From positions 18,724 to 82,723 of the IMG/VR virus record IMGVR_UViG_3300037067_024509: a stretch of 64,000 nt of DNA. One strand, 5' to 3'. The stretch is from a virus. Taxonomy: Duplodnaviria > Caudoviricetes. Positions 9,411 through 19,407 of this stretch are shown here, in pieces; within the stretch, counting starts at the first letter, position 1; each line of letters opens with the position of its first letter. The notes beneath the pieces were generated by a model that was not told the origin of the DNA, did no database searches, and saw only the letters and a program-made list of their open reading frames with translations. Both the position numbers and the translations under genes were made by a program.

Positions 9411-10430
9411 ATGGCTAAAGAAAAAAGAGAAATAATAACTGATCTTGATAAAGTAATGGATTTAATTAATAAAGAAGATAATGGTGGCGAACTTATTAGA
9501 TATGGATCTGATTCAACACATGTTGTTGAGACAACTACTACTGGATCTATTGCAATTGATAAAGCTATAGGTGTTGGTGGATTACCAAAGGGTAGGATAA
9601 TTGAAATATTTGGTCCAGAAGCTTCTGGTAAGACTACTATAGCATTAGGTGCTATAGCTGCTGCTCAAAAAGCAGGACAAAAAGTTGCATTTTTAGATAT
9701 GGAACATGCTTTAGATCCTAAATTAGCTAAAGGTGTTGGAGTTGATTGGGATTCATTATTATTTTCGCAACCAAATTATGGTGAACAATGTCTTAATATA
9801 GCTGTGAAACTTGCTGAAACTGGAAAAGTTGGGATAGTAGTAATAGACAGTACTGCTGCACTTGTTCCAAAAGCCGAATTAGATGGTGAAATTGAAGATA
9901 ATGTTATAGGTGCAGTTGCTAGAATGATGTCAAAAGGTCTTCGTATGCTTGTTCCAGTTTGTCAAAGTAAAGGTACTACTGTAATATTTATTAACCAGAT
10001 TCGTGAAAAAATTGGAGTTTTGTATGGCAATAATGAGGTTACGCCAGGAGGTCGTGCATTAAAATTTGCTGCTTCTATTAGGCTTGATGTTAGACGTAAG
10101 GAACCAATCATGGATGGCAAGAGAATTATTGGTAATCATCTTAAGGTTAAAGTTGTTAAGAATAAGATAGCAGAACCTTTTCATGTTGCTGAAGTAGATC
10201 TTTACTTTGGTAAGGGTGTTGATAATCTTAAAGATGTTATTAATGCTGCTGTTGATCTTAAAATTATTAATAAAAAAGGATCAAGTTTTTATGAATATGG
10301 CGAAATGAAAGTTAATGGTATGGATAAGCTAATGTTATTACTAAATGAAAATATTGATAAACGTAAAGAACTTGAAGATTCTGTACGTTCAAGAATGGGT
10401 GAATTATCAGTTGAAATAGAATCTGAATGA
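9411..10430 (+). CDS. recA: RecA recombinase
   Basis: GGLPKGRIIEIFGPEASGKTT, DMEHALD, IFINQIREKIG, GGRALKF, KVVKNK. Confidence 0.97.
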   Translation: MAKEKREIITDLDKVMDLINKEDNGGELIRYGSDSTHVVETTTTGSIAIDKAIGVGGLPKGRIIEIFGPEASGKTTIALGAIAAAQKAGQKVAFLDMEHALDPKLAKGVGVDWDSLLFSQPNYGEQCLNIAVKLAETGKVGIVVIDSTAALVPKAELDGEIEDNVIGAVARMMSKGLRMLVPVCQSKGTTVIFINQIREKIGVLYGNNEVTPGGRALKFAASIRLDVRRKEPIMDGKRIIGNHLKVKVVKNKIAEPFHVAEVDLYFGKGVDNLKDVINAAVDLKIINKKGSSFYEYGEMKVNGMDKLMLLLNENIDKRKELEDSVRSRMGELSVEIESE

Positions 10431-10445
10431 TTCAAATTTATGTAA

Positions 10446-11177
10446 ATGACCACTAATTCTACTATAATATCTATACCGTTAGCTAAATTTGGTATTAGTG
10501 AGATAGTTTATATTAGAGAGAGTGCTTTAAATGGATATTTGGAACCACAAAAAGTTGCTTTAGCATATTTCGATCCTGATATTGGTAAGTATTGGTATTC
10601 GTTTAAGTTTAAGAAAAATCCACCAGTAACACAAACTGTTGGTGATATTATTGATTTGAAGACTAAAGGGCAGATACAAGTATTAGAAGATGATTTGTGT
10701 TCATATCAGGAAGCGTTAATGTTAAAGCGTAATTTTTTGAATTCTGAATTAGCAAAAACTATAACTCAAATAGATAGTATATCTGGTGGTCCAGAGATAG
10801 ATATAATAGGCCATGGAATAGATATAACTAATAATGATTTAACTCCTAATTATAATGATTATACTAATTTTGGAGAACAAACAGTTGACATTAATCCTGA
10901 TCATGGACTAATGAGGACATTTGAAATTAAAAACATTGGAAATTTTGATTTAAACTTGCTTGGTAATCCACCAGTATTATTGTCTGGAGATAATGATTTC
11001 CAGGTTATATCACAGCCTCTTTTGAATGTTATATCTTCTAATTCTTCACAATTTTTTAAAATAGCATTCAAGCCACTTAGTAAAGGTAGAAAAGTAGCAT
11101 CAGTTATAATTCATTCCAATGACAAGGAAAATAGCATTTTTGTGTTTACGATAGAAGGGCAGGGAATAGAATCGTAG
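10446..11177 (+). CDS. Protein with C-terminal ASH/choice-of-anchor-D Ig-like domain
   Basis: PEIDIIG...TDF-like YTNFG, RTFEIKNIGNFDLNL, FKIAFKP, VIIHSND...FTIEGQG. Confidence 0.65.
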   Translation: MTTNSTIISIPLAKFGISEIVYIRESALNGYLEPQKVALAYFDPDIGKYWYSFKFKKNPPVTQTVGDIIDLKTKGQIQVLEDDLCSYQEALMLKRNFLNSELAKTITQIDSISGGPEIDIIGHGIDITNNDLTPNYNDYTNFGEQTVDINPDHGLMRTFEIKNIGNFDLNLLGNPPVLLSGDNDFQVISQPLLNVISSNSSQFFKIAFKPLSKGRKVASVIIHSNDKENSIFVFTIEGQGIES

Positions 11178-11189
11178 TATTTTATAATT

Positions 11190-12497
11190 ATGGAAGAATT
11201 TAGTAAGTTTGAAGAAGAAAACATAATTTTGCTGGCTTTGGATAGTCCGGAGTTTTTTCATAAAATTGCTTCGTTTATGAAACAGGAATACTTTGCTTCC
11301 GATGAAGCGCAATTTATTATGAATATTATTTCTGACTATTTTAAAAAGCATGATGTAGTTCCAACTAAGGAAATGGTTAAAAATTTAGTTTATAAAGATT
11401 TATCAGTTGATGATCCAGTTTCTAAACCAATTATAGATATTTTGGATCGTAATATAGATCCAAGAGATTCTCCATTTATTAGAGATCATATTATAAGTTG
11501 GGCTAAACGTAAACAAATATCTATGTTGTATGATGATGAGGTAATGGAAAAGATTAAAGCTGGCGATTTTGAAACTATTGAAGAAATATTTAATGATGCA
11601 GCTAAGATAAATGATGTAATTATTAAACCATTTAATTTTTTTAAAGATGTTGATAAGTTATTTGAAGTGAATGAAAGAGATAGTTTTACTACTGGATTTC
11701 CAAGAGTTGATAAAGAAATTCATGATAAAGGACCATGGCGTAGAGAGGTATTATCGTTTATAGCTCCTACAGGTGTTGGTAAGAGTTTGATATTAGCTAA
11801 TACATCAATTTCTAATTTATTAATGGGTAGAAACGTATTGCATATTTCGCTTGAAAATGATGAGATAGTTACTGGAAATAGATATTTAGGTGCATTTACA
11901 AATTCGCCAATAAAGACTAGGTTTGATAAAAAAGAAATATTAAAAGAGCAGTTAAAGAAAATTAAATCATCAACTAATGCTGAATTATATATTGTATTCT
12001 TCCCAACAGATACGATAACTGTTGATACCATAGAACAAACTATTAAAGATTTAAAATATCAATGTAATTTTATACCTGATGTATTATGTCTTGATTATTT
12101 GGAATGTTTATTGTCTAGGGTAAATTCTAAAAATAAAGATGATTATACTAGACAAAAGGCAGTGGCCACCGAATTTAGAACTTTAACTGCTAAAACTAAT
12201 ACATTTGGTGCTACTGCAAGTCAGACTAATAGGAGTTCTGTTAAAGGAGACGATGGTCCAATTAATTTAGATAAAATGTCAGAATCATATGGTAAATCAA
12301 TGCCAACTGAATATATTATATCTTTAAATCAAACACAGCAAGAATATGCTGGTAATAATCAAGATGGTCAAGCACAATCTCATATTGGTCATTTAAGATT
12401 ATTTATGGCTAAAAATAGAAATGGTAGAAAAGGGTTCACAGTTAATGCATCAGTTAATTATGCTACAATGAAGGCAATTGAAGATACTGCGGCATAA
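11190..12497 (+). CDS. Replicative DNA helicase (DnaB/T4 gp41-like)
   Basis: Walker A APTGVGKS, HISLE, LDYLE, TASQTNR, KNRNG. Confidence 0.92.
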   Translation: MEEFSKFEEENIILLALDSPEFFHKIASFMKQEYFASDEAQFIMNIISDYFKKHDVVPTKEMVKNLVYKDLSVDDPVSKPIIDILDRNIDPRDSPFIRDHIISWAKRKQISMLYDDEVMEKIKAGDFETIEEIFNDAAKINDVIIKPFNFFKDVDKLFEVNERDSFTTGFPRVDKEIHDKGPWRREVLSFIAPTGVGKSLILANTSISNLLMGRNVLHISLENDEIVTGNRYLGAFTNSPIKTRFDKKEILKEQLKKIKSSTNAELYIVFFPTDTITVDTIEQTIKDLKYQCNFIPDVLCLDYLECLLSRVNSKNKDDYTRQKAVATEFRTLTAKTNTFGATASQTNRSSVKGDDGPINLDKMSESYGKSMPTEYIISLNQTQQEYAGNNQDGQAQSHIGHLRLFMAKNRNGRKGFTVNASVNYATMKAIEDTAA

Positions 12498-12499
12498 TT

Positions 12500-12799
12500 A
12501 TGTCAAACAAATTAATAATAAATGATTTTGAACAAGATATTTGTTTTTATTTGCTGCCAAAACAACAAAGTGACTATTTATTTTTGGAAATTCCTAGTGT
12601 TGTTATTGAATCTGTATCTGATTGGATATTAAATAAATCGTTATTGACAGTGTATTTAATAATAGGGTATTCAAAATATACATTTACTGGAGCATTTGTT
12701 GATAAATGTAAAATTTATAAAAATAGATATAATATTGAAGTACGTGAATTATTTATCAGATATAACATGATGTCAAATAATTACAAAAAACGTACTTAA
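12500..12799 (+). CDS. Hypothetical protein
   Basis: 99-aa ORF within the operon. Confidence 0.5.
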   Translation: MSNKLIINDFEQDICFYLLPKQQSDYLFLEIPSVVIESVSDWILNKSLLTVYLIIGYSKYTFTGAFVDKCKIYKNRYNIEVRELFIRYNMMSNNYKKRT

Positions 12800-12803
12800 A
12801 TAT

Positions 12804-13469
12804 ATGCCAATATATCAATATTCATGTAATAACTGCACAAATAAAAAAGATAAGAAAATTGGGTTATATAATTCTGATTCTATAAATTTAAAATTTGGTT
12901 ATCATCCTGATACCAATGAATTTTTATTTTTTGTTGAATGTCATATGAAGGATAAACCAAAAAATCCAAAATGTCCAAACTGTGGATCTAATGATACTAA
13001 TGTTAGTTATATTGATTTAGATCAGCAGTGCTATGTTAGGGGAAATGGATTGGTTAAAGATAAAGCTGGTGCTAGAAGAGATATGAATAGACATAAATTG
13101 AAGCATGAAGATCCGTATTCTTCTATGAGAGTTAGTGGCGAAAAAGATTATCTTATAGATAAGTTTAGGCGTGGTGGTATTGATATGGGTGCAAAAAGTA
13201 ATACAGATTCTATAAGAGAAGCTCAAGAAAAAAGATTAGTTGAACATAATAAAGAAATTGATTTATTGAGTGATTCTGAAAAGAAGGTTATAGTTCATAT
13301 TTTTAAGAATGGTTCTGCTACTACTTCTGAATTATCAAAATATTCTGATGATATCAATAAAGTGTTGACTAATATTAATAAACATTATGTTTATTATAAT
13401 GCTAATAAAGAAATATGGTTGCCATTAGCTGGTGGTAATAGAATATATGAAACTATAGTAGGTATTTGA
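12804..13469 (+). CDS. FmdB-like zinc-ribbon protein with possible C-terminal winged helix
   Basis: MPIYQYSCNNC...CPNCGS; LSDSEKKVIVHIFKNGSATTSELS. Confidence 0.7.
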   Translation: MPIYQYSCNNCTNKKDKKIGLYNSDSINLKFGYHPDTNEFLFFVECHMKDKPKNPKCPNCGSNDTNVSYIDLDQQCYVRGNGLVKDKAGARRDMNRHKLKHEDPYSSMRVSGEKDYLIDKFRRGGIDMGAKSNTDSIREAQEKRLVEHNKEIDLLSDSEKKVIVHIFKNGSATTSELSKYSDDINKVLTNINKHYVYYNANKEIWLPLAGGNRIYETIVGI

Positions 13470-13475
13470 CATGCA

Positions 13476-14588
13476 ATGATAGTGGCAGTTTTTTCATGGG
13501 ATAATAATAATAGGCCAATAAATTATTCTTTATATAAGGATAAAGTATTAATTAGAAGAAATGATCTTTGGAAAATTGGTTCTAAAAAGAAAATTATAGA
13601 AATAATTAAAGAACAATCTATTTTAAATAAGATTCTATCATCTGTAAATGAATTTGTGATTGTTAATTATAAAAAATATTTAGATTATTTTAAATGTGGA
13701 TTTAATGATGTTTATGATTATCCTGGGGCTGTTGAACATGATAAACATGATGAGTTTGTTAATTCTAATTGGGATGAATTTGGTAAGAATTGGCAAAAGT
13801 TAAGAGGTAATGCTGCTAAAGTTTATTATAAATTAGAAAAATGTGGTGTTATGCTTGAGTATAAAAATATGTTTCCGGTTTATGACATGAATGTTTTTAG
13901 TGGTAGATCTAGTACTACTGGATTTAATATTCAAGGTTGTAATAAAGAATTTAATATTAAACATGTTAATTCTTCAAATAATATTTTTGTTCATTTCGAT
14001 TGGATGGCTGCTGATATTAGAATTGCTGCTATTTTATCTGGTGATAAAGATTTAATTGATAGTTATTTAAAATCTGATCCATATTCACATATTGTGAATA
14101 TTTTAGATGGATCTGTTGATAGAGATCAATGCAAGAGCGAATTTATGCAGGCTATATATGGTCTTAATCCTGATCATGAGATTCTGGCTGTATTTCCAAC
14201 TTGTAAAAAGTGGATTTCTGATATGGTAATTGAACTTAATAATAATGGATTTGTTAGATCAATTCTTGGCAGAAAATACTTAACTGATGGTACAATTAAA
14301 GGTAATAGGAGGGCGTTTAATAGTATTATGCAGGGTAGTGTAGCTCATGCTATGAATAATGTGATATCAAAAATTGATAATAAATTTGAAAATATTATTT
14401 TAACTGAGCAGCATGACTCTTTGACTGCGTGTGTTAATGAATTCAATTTTCAAGATACTATTAAATATATATCTAATATAATGCTGAAACCATTTGAAGG
14501 AATTTTGGATGGCAATATTACTATGCCATTAAGAATTCATGTTGGGAAACATTGGCGTGTATATAAACAAATTAAGGAAGTAAGATGA
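13476..14588 (+). CDS. Compact family A DNA polymerase domain (no exonuclease, thumb largely absent)
   Basis: SGRSSTTGFNIQ, motif A DWMAADIRIAAILSGD, motif B RDQCKSEFMQAIYG, NSIMQGS, motif C QHDSL. Confidence 0.85.
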   Translation: MIVAVFSWDNNNRPINYSLYKDKVLIRRNDLWKIGSKKKIIEIIKEQSILNKILSSVNEFVIVNYKKYLDYFKCGFNDVYDYPGAVEHDKHDEFVNSNWDEFGKNWQKLRGNAAKVYYKLEKCGVMLEYKNMFPVYDMNVFSGRSSTTGFNIQGCNKEFNIKHVNSSNNIFVHFDWMAADIRIAAILSGDKDLIDSYLKSDPYSHIVNILDGSVDRDQCKSEFMQAIYGLNPDHEILAVFPTCKKWISDMVIELNNNGFVRSILGRKYLTDGTIKGNRRAFNSIMQGSVAHAMNNVISKIDNKFENIILTEQHDSLTACVNEFNFQDTIKYISNIMLKPFEGILDGNITMPLRIHVGKHWRVYKQIKEVR

Positions 14589-14622
14589 ATTATACTATGT
14601 ATTTTAATATTAGGAGTAATAT

Positions 14623-15087
14623 ATGAACTGGTGGGAAACTGAAGTACCTGAAGATATCGCTGATGTTTTAATTGTTTTGAATGTTAAAATAAATAATAAA
14701 AATGTTACTAGGGACTGGAGAAAGGATTGCCATATAGACTATGATAAACTTGAGGATGATTTAACCTACATGCCAAGTATTTATTCGTTTTGGACTTCTG
14801 TTTTAGCTGAGGCTAGGAAGAATCTTAGAATTAATGAAATGTCTATGGATATTAGAAAGTCAAGGGTTTTAAGAGAGATTAAGCCGCCTGAAGGTGTTAA
14901 ATTAACTGTTTCTGATAAAGAATCAATTGTTAAATTAGATCCTGAGTTGTGTCAATTAACTGTTACTAATATTCATCTTGAAAATATTGTTCAAAAATTA
15001 TTTGGTATAGTTGATTCATTAAAGATGAAATCTGAAAGTCTTAGGTCTTTAGCTGGTTTTAAACGTGCAGAACTTTCTAATAGTTAA
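14623..15087 (+). CDS. UvsY-like recombination mediator (putative)
   Basis: Size, coiled-coil pattern, IDYDKLEDDL...YSFW, and position before the SSB gene. Confidence 0.6.
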   Translation: MNWWETEVPEDIADVLIVLNVKINNKNVTRDWRKDCHIDYDKLEDDLTYMPSIYSFWTSVLAEARKNLRINEMSMDIRKSRVLREIKPPEGVKLTVSDKESIVKLDPELCQLTVTNIHLENIVQKLFGIVDSLKMKSESLRSLAGFKRAELSNS

Positions 15088-15159
15088 ATAAGTATATAAC
15101 CAAGCAACCCAGCAGAAAATGGCATAATGCCATCTGCAAGCAAACAAGGAATAACTCCC

Positions 15160-16203
15160 ATGGCAATTAGTCAGGCTGACAAGCAGAAGCTCTTAGAGCG
15201 GATGCGTGCAAAGCAGGCTGCTCAAACTGGATTTAAGGATCCATCTGAGTGGCGACCGCCCAAGATGAAGAAAGATGAAGAGAGGAAGTTTAGGGTTATA
15301 TTCCTTCCCCCTCTTAATGAAGGTGACAAGTGTGTTGGTGGCACAGCGTCATCGACATTGGATCTGTGGTATCTTCCGCATGGTCATCATTTTATCAATA
15401 AAAAGCGTTATGAATGTCCTAGAGTTCATATTGAAAAGGGTGAATGCCCACTTTGTTCAACTGGCTTTGATTTGATGCGTGAGGTTGATGATAAAGAAGT
15501 TAGATCTAAACTTGCCAAGGAATGGCTTGCTCAGTCAAATTTTGCTGTGAACGTTTATTTTGAAAATCACAAAGATAATCCTGAAGATTTGCGTGGTAAA
15601 GTATTGTGGTGGTCAATTCCAGTGTCAGTATTTAATAAATGCGATAAGGCATTTAAGAGTGACAGTGCAGGTGATGATGATAATCCGCAAGCTTTTGGAT
15701 TATTCTTTGACCCTGAAAATGCATTTCCGTTTATTGTCAATGTGACTGAGAAGAGTGGGTATAATAATTATGAGAGTTCTGTATTTACGTCTAAGTCGCG
15801 TCCTATTGCTCAGTCAGATGAGGAAATTCAGGATATTCTTGATAGAAGGCATGATTTGTATAAGAAGTTTGAGGGTCGTGATATCAAGGCTCTTGAAAAA
15901 TTGCTTAATGATAAGCTTGCTGGTGGTTCAGAACAGCCTAAGAGTAATGAAGATGGCGATGATGGATATATCGCTAAGCCTGAAACTGGATCTTCAAAAT
16001 CTGAAGTGAAGACCGAGTCTAAGGTTGAGTCTAAGGCTAAGGTTGAAGAATCTAAGCCAAAAACTGAATCAGCTAAAACTGAAACAAAACCTAAGGCAGA
16101 AGATAAACCTAAAGCTGAAACAAAGCCGAAGGTAGAAGAACCTGATAATCCTGAAGATGATCCTGAATTAAAGGCATTGTTAGCACAGCTTGCTGATAAG
16201 TAA
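15160..16203 (+). CDS. Single-stranded DNA-binding protein (T4 gp32-like)
   Basis: WRP...FRVIFLP, HGHH-CP-CPLC zinc motif, YNNYESS, Lys/Glu/Pro linker and acidic tail; SD before ATG 15160. Confidence 0.85.
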   Translation: MAISQADKQKLLERMRAKQAAQTGFKDPSEWRPPKMKKDEERKFRVIFLPPLNEGDKCVGGTASSTLDLWYLPHGHHFINKKRYECPRVHIEKGECPLCSTGFDLMREVDDKEVRSKLAKEWLAQSNFAVNVYFENHKDNPEDLRGKVLWWSIPVSVFNKCDKAFKSDSAGDDDNPQAFGLFFDPENAFPFIVNVTEKSGYNNYESSVFTSKSRPIAQSDEEIQDILDRRHDLYKKFEGRDIKALEKLLNDKLAGGSEQPKSNEDGDDGYIAKPETGSSKSEVKTESKVESKAKVEESKPKTESAKTETKPKAEDKPKAETKPKVEEPDNPEDDPELKALLAQLADK

Positions 16204-16223
16204 TAAGCAATAAGCAGTGTGAA

Positions 16224-16260
16224 ATTGACGCCCATGAGACAATATCTCATGGGCGTCAAT
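16224..16260 (+). terminator. Perfect 16-bp hairpin after the SSB gene
   Basis: ATTGACGCCCATGAGA-caata-TCTCATGGGCGTCAAT. Confidence 0.8.
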
Positions 16261-16273
16261 GTATTTTAAAATA

Positions 16274-17110
16274 ATGGACATTTTAATAGATGGTAAAAAT
16301 GTTGTTTATAGATCATTATTTGCGGCTTTAGATAAAATAACTGGTAAAGTTAAAGTTGATCCAATAATAATAGCATTACGACAATTTGTAAAATGGAGAC
16401 GTATTTATAAGCCTGATAATTGGTGTATTTTTTGGGATGTTCCAAAAAATAATTTATGGCGTAAAAAATTATATCCGCCATATAAAGAAGGTAGAGACAA
16501 ATCATTTATTGATAAATCAACATTAAGTGAATTAGTTAGCAGATTTAATACCATATTTATAAATATACTTCATAATATGAAAATGACTCAATTTATTAAA
16601 AGTGAAAATGAAGCAGATGATTTAATATATGCATATATTAAAGCTTATAATGATAAAGAATTATTGATTGTATCAAGTGATGGTGATATGGTACAAGTTT
16701 TATTAAAATGTAATAATGTTAAATTACATGATCCTAAAAATAAAGATATATTATATGTTCCAAAACCAGAATATGATCCTGTAACAGTTAAATGTTTATC
16801 TGGTGATACAAGTGACAACATTGATGGATATAGGTTGGTTGGCGATATAACTGCTAAAAAAATAATGCGTGAAAATAGAGTTGATGCTTTTTTATCTGAA
16901 AAAGGCAGAGAAATGTTTGATTTGAATAAAAAATTAGTTGATTTTGATATGAATGATGATTTGAATAGTAATATTGAGTATATTAAATCAGTTAAGAAAA
17001 ATGACAAGTTTGATATCAAAGCTATTAACAATATAATTGATAAATATAGTCTTACTGAATTAAAACAATTAATGTCTGATTTAATAATACCGTTTAAATA
17101 TAATCCTTGA
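16274..17110 (+). CDS. 5'-3' exonuclease / flap endonuclease (T4 RNase H-like)
   Basis: ILIDGKN, PPYKEGR, EADD, SSDGDM, GDTSDNIDG; start moved to ATG 16274. Confidence 0.92.
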   Translation: MDILIDGKNVVYRSLFAALDKITGKVKVDPIIIALRQFVKWRRIYKPDNWCIFWDVPKNNLWRKKLYPPYKEGRDKSFIDKSTLSELVSRFNTIFINILHNMKMTQFIKSENEADDLIYAYIKAYNDKELLIVSSDGDMVQVLLKCNNVKLHDPKNKDILYVPKPEYDPVTVKCLSGDTSDNIDGYRLVGDITAKKIMRENRVDAFLSEKGREMFDLNKKLVDFDMNDDLNSNIEYIKSVKKNDKFDIKAINNIIDKYSLTELKQLMSDLIIPFKYNP

Positions 17111-17136
17111 GGTAAATATAAATATAAGAGGTCATT

Positions 17137-17400
17137 ATGGCAGCAACAGACGTTGAGGTTGTTAATTTTATCAGAGTAAGGGTTGATACATTAGGTAATC
17201 CATATACTGCTGATACTAAAAATAGATCAATAGCTCAAAATTTGAGTTTTACTGATGAATTTAGAATTCAGCCTGACCCTGATGTTCCTGAATCTGCTGG
17301 TTATCCTACTTTAAAGACTTATTTAAAAGCTATGGCTAACAGAGCTACACCATTATATCCTAGGATGATATCTCAGACAATGGTGGTGGTGTCGAAATAA
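17137..17400 (+). CDS. Small hypothetical protein
   Basis: 87-aa ORF with GAGG SD and TAAATATA motif upstream. Confidence 0.65.
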   Translation: MAATDVEVVNFIRVRVDTLGNPYTADTKNRSIAQNLSFTDEFRIQPDPDVPESAGYPTLKTYLKAMANRATPLYPRMISQTMVVVSK

Positions 17401-18019
17401 GTTCACGTTGTTTTTTAAATTCTTCTTCATCTTTTAGGAATTTTTCACGTTCCAATCTTGATATTAATATTAATTCCCACCATTTTATTATATCATTTTT
17501 ATGAATAATTACCCAAAACCCAACTTTATTATATCCAAATAAAGCACAATGTGCAACTTGTTTATCACGATCTAGTATACTATTTTTCCATGTTGAAATA
17601 GTTGAATGATATAAAGTTAATGCAGATGGATAGTTGCCTTCCCATTCATGTACTGATAATTTATTATTAGTGTTATTTTTAAGTTGATTATATATTGTTT
17701 CTGAATCATTATTATGGAAACACCATATATCACTTGTTTTTGATATTATTTTATTATTTTTAATTATTGGTAATGTTATAATATTTATTAATTTTTTTAT
17801 TTTGTCTGTCTCTAAAAATTTTTCCCATAATTTAATTGTTGAAATATATTGTTTTGAACGTTTACATTCAACATAGATTGTTTTATGTGATGAATCTGAT
17901 TTTGTAGTTCCGCTATTAGATCCACTTAATGGTATACGTCCAGATTTCGTACCAGTCCTATATGCACCTAACCAAATACCACATTTAGATTCTGATTTTT
18001 TCCATTGAGTATTTTTCAT
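17360..18019 (-). CDS. PD-(D/E)xK nuclease, Holliday junction resolvase-like
   Basis: WKKSE...RIPLSGS...SD...IYVECKR; start moved to MKNTQW. Confidence 0.65.
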   Translation of the reverse strand: MKNTQWKKSESKCGIWLGAYRTGTKSGRIPLSGSNSGTTKSDSSHKTIYVECKRSKQYISTIKLWEKFLETDKIKKLINIITLPIIKNNKIISKTSDIWCFHNNDSETIYNQLKNNTNNKLSVHEWEGNYPSALTLYHSTISTWKNSILDRDKQVAHCALFGYNKVGFWVIIHKNDIIKWWELILISRLEREKFLKDEEEFKKQRELISTPPPLSEISS

Positions 18020-18092
18020 ATTAATATATACCAATTTGTACACATATGAACATTTATTAATATTATGAAAATATATAATTAGGAGATTATTT

Positions 18093-18311
18093 ATGGGATG
18101 TGGATGCGGAAATAAGACAGTAAAATCACAACCTGTGCAAAGGGTTAGTAGTCAAAACAGAAAAATAACCAATGTTGTATTTAATAATATTAAAAGTTGT
18201 CCTAAATGTAAATCAACTATGATTTATAAACAACAATTTGTTGCTAAATTGCGTGGATACATAAAATTGTGGGAGTGTCCTAAATGCAATTACAAGATAG
18301 TTGGTCGTTAA
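18093..18311 (+). CDS. Small Cys-rich zinc-ribbon protein
   Basis: MGCGCG N-terminus; CPKC...CPKC; AGGAG SD. Confidence 0.7.
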   Translation: MGCGCGNKTVKSQPVQRVSSQNRKITNVVFNNIKSCPKCKSTMIYKQQFVAKLRGYIKLWECPKCNYKIVGR

Positions 18312-18679
18312 TTCAATATTTATTAATCTGGATTGCTTTTGCAATATTTGTAGAATCATTTACTGAAATTATTGTTAATGCTGGGCCATTAGAAGGATTT
18401 AGAGGATTTATTGCTAGAAGGGGCAAAATATGCGGAATAGATTTTGCAGAATTAATAACATGTGGGTATTGTTGTTCTGTATGGATAGCATTTTTTGTTG
18501 CATGGATGTTGCCATCATTTATCTTTAGTGATGCAAAATTTTGGGATTACCTTAGTGTTAAACATATTATAGTATTTGTTGATAAATATTTATATTGGAT
18601 TTTTAATTGGATAGTATTACATAGATTGTCTAATATGATTCATATTAGATTAAAGCCAGTCAAGATCGAAGTACCATAA
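18284..18679 (+). CDS. Small membrane protein (DUF1360-like)
   Basis: Hydrophobic segments and LITCGYCCSVW motif. Confidence 0.6.
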   Translation: MQLQDSWSLIQYLLIWIAFAIFVESFTEIIVNAGPLEGFRGFIARRGKICGIDFAELITCGYCCSVWIAFFVAWMLPSFIFSDAKFWDYLSVKHIIVFVDKYLYWIFNWIVLHRLSNMIHIRLKPVKIEVP

Positions 18680-18691
18680 TAGAAAGATAAT

Positions 18692-19129
18692 ATGAAAAAA
18701 GAAATTAAAAGTATAGAAATTAAAACTGTTAATGATATTAGGAAAGCTTTAATTCCATTTATTAATAATTCTAAAAAAGATGATATTATTATTTCTGGAG
18801 AATTTGCATGGAACGATGAAGAAAATAATCAAAAAATGAAAACTAAATTTTCTGTTGATAATAAAAATATAGGTCTTAAGGATTTATTAATTGAGGGATT
18901 TGATCAAGTTAAGCAGCAAGAAAATACATGGAATATGTTACATGATGCTTTAGATGATGATGAATTTTCTGTAACATTGCCACGTATTGATATAGATAAT
19001 TTTCATATGCCTGTTGATAGATTGATAAAGAGCAGATTAGGTGGTAAACGTAAAGGACATTCTGTTGTTTGGAATATTAATAATCATGTATATGAGTTTA
19101 ACCCATATACATGTGAGTTTAAGGAATAA
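18692..19129 (+). CDS. Hypothetical protein
   Basis: 145-aa ORF within the operon. Confidence 0.6.
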   Translation: MKKEIKSIEIKTVNDIRKALIPFINNSKKDDIIISGEFAWNDEENNQKMKTKFSVDNKNIGLKDLLIEGFDQVKQQENTWNMLHDALDDDEFSVTLPRIDIDNFHMPVDRLIKSRLGGKRKGHSVVWNINNHVYEFNPYTCEFKE

Positions 19130-19131
19130 TT

Positions 19132-19407
19132 ATGAAAGAAGTTCAAGTAGATTTAATAAAATTTGCTGATTTAACTATTTGGGCACCAAAATTAGGTGAT
19201 GTGATATTTAGAGATGGTATCTTTTCAAGATGGTTTGCAGTGGTATGTGGTGTTGATAAAGATTTGTTATTGGTAAGAAAAGCTGGTAATATTAGATTAC
19301 TTGTAATGAATGATTATGAAGAAGTAAAGTTAAATGTGAGAAAGATAAAAAATTCCATGATAGGATCATATAATGTTATTAGTTCAGATGGTGTATATTA
19401 CGCATGA
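19132..19407 (+). CDS. Hypothetical protein
   Basis: 91-aa ORF within the operon. Confidence 0.6.
   Translation: MKEVQVDLIKFADLTIWAPKLGDVIFRDGIFSRWFAVVCGVDKDLLLVRKAGNIRLLVMNDYEEVKLNVRKIKNSMIGSYNVISSDGVYYA

Noticed and set aside
16010-16140. Short repeated motifs (aagg/ctaa) in the SSB 3' region as a DNA repeat element
   Set aside because: They encode a low-complexity Lys/Glu/Pro linker typical of SSB tails
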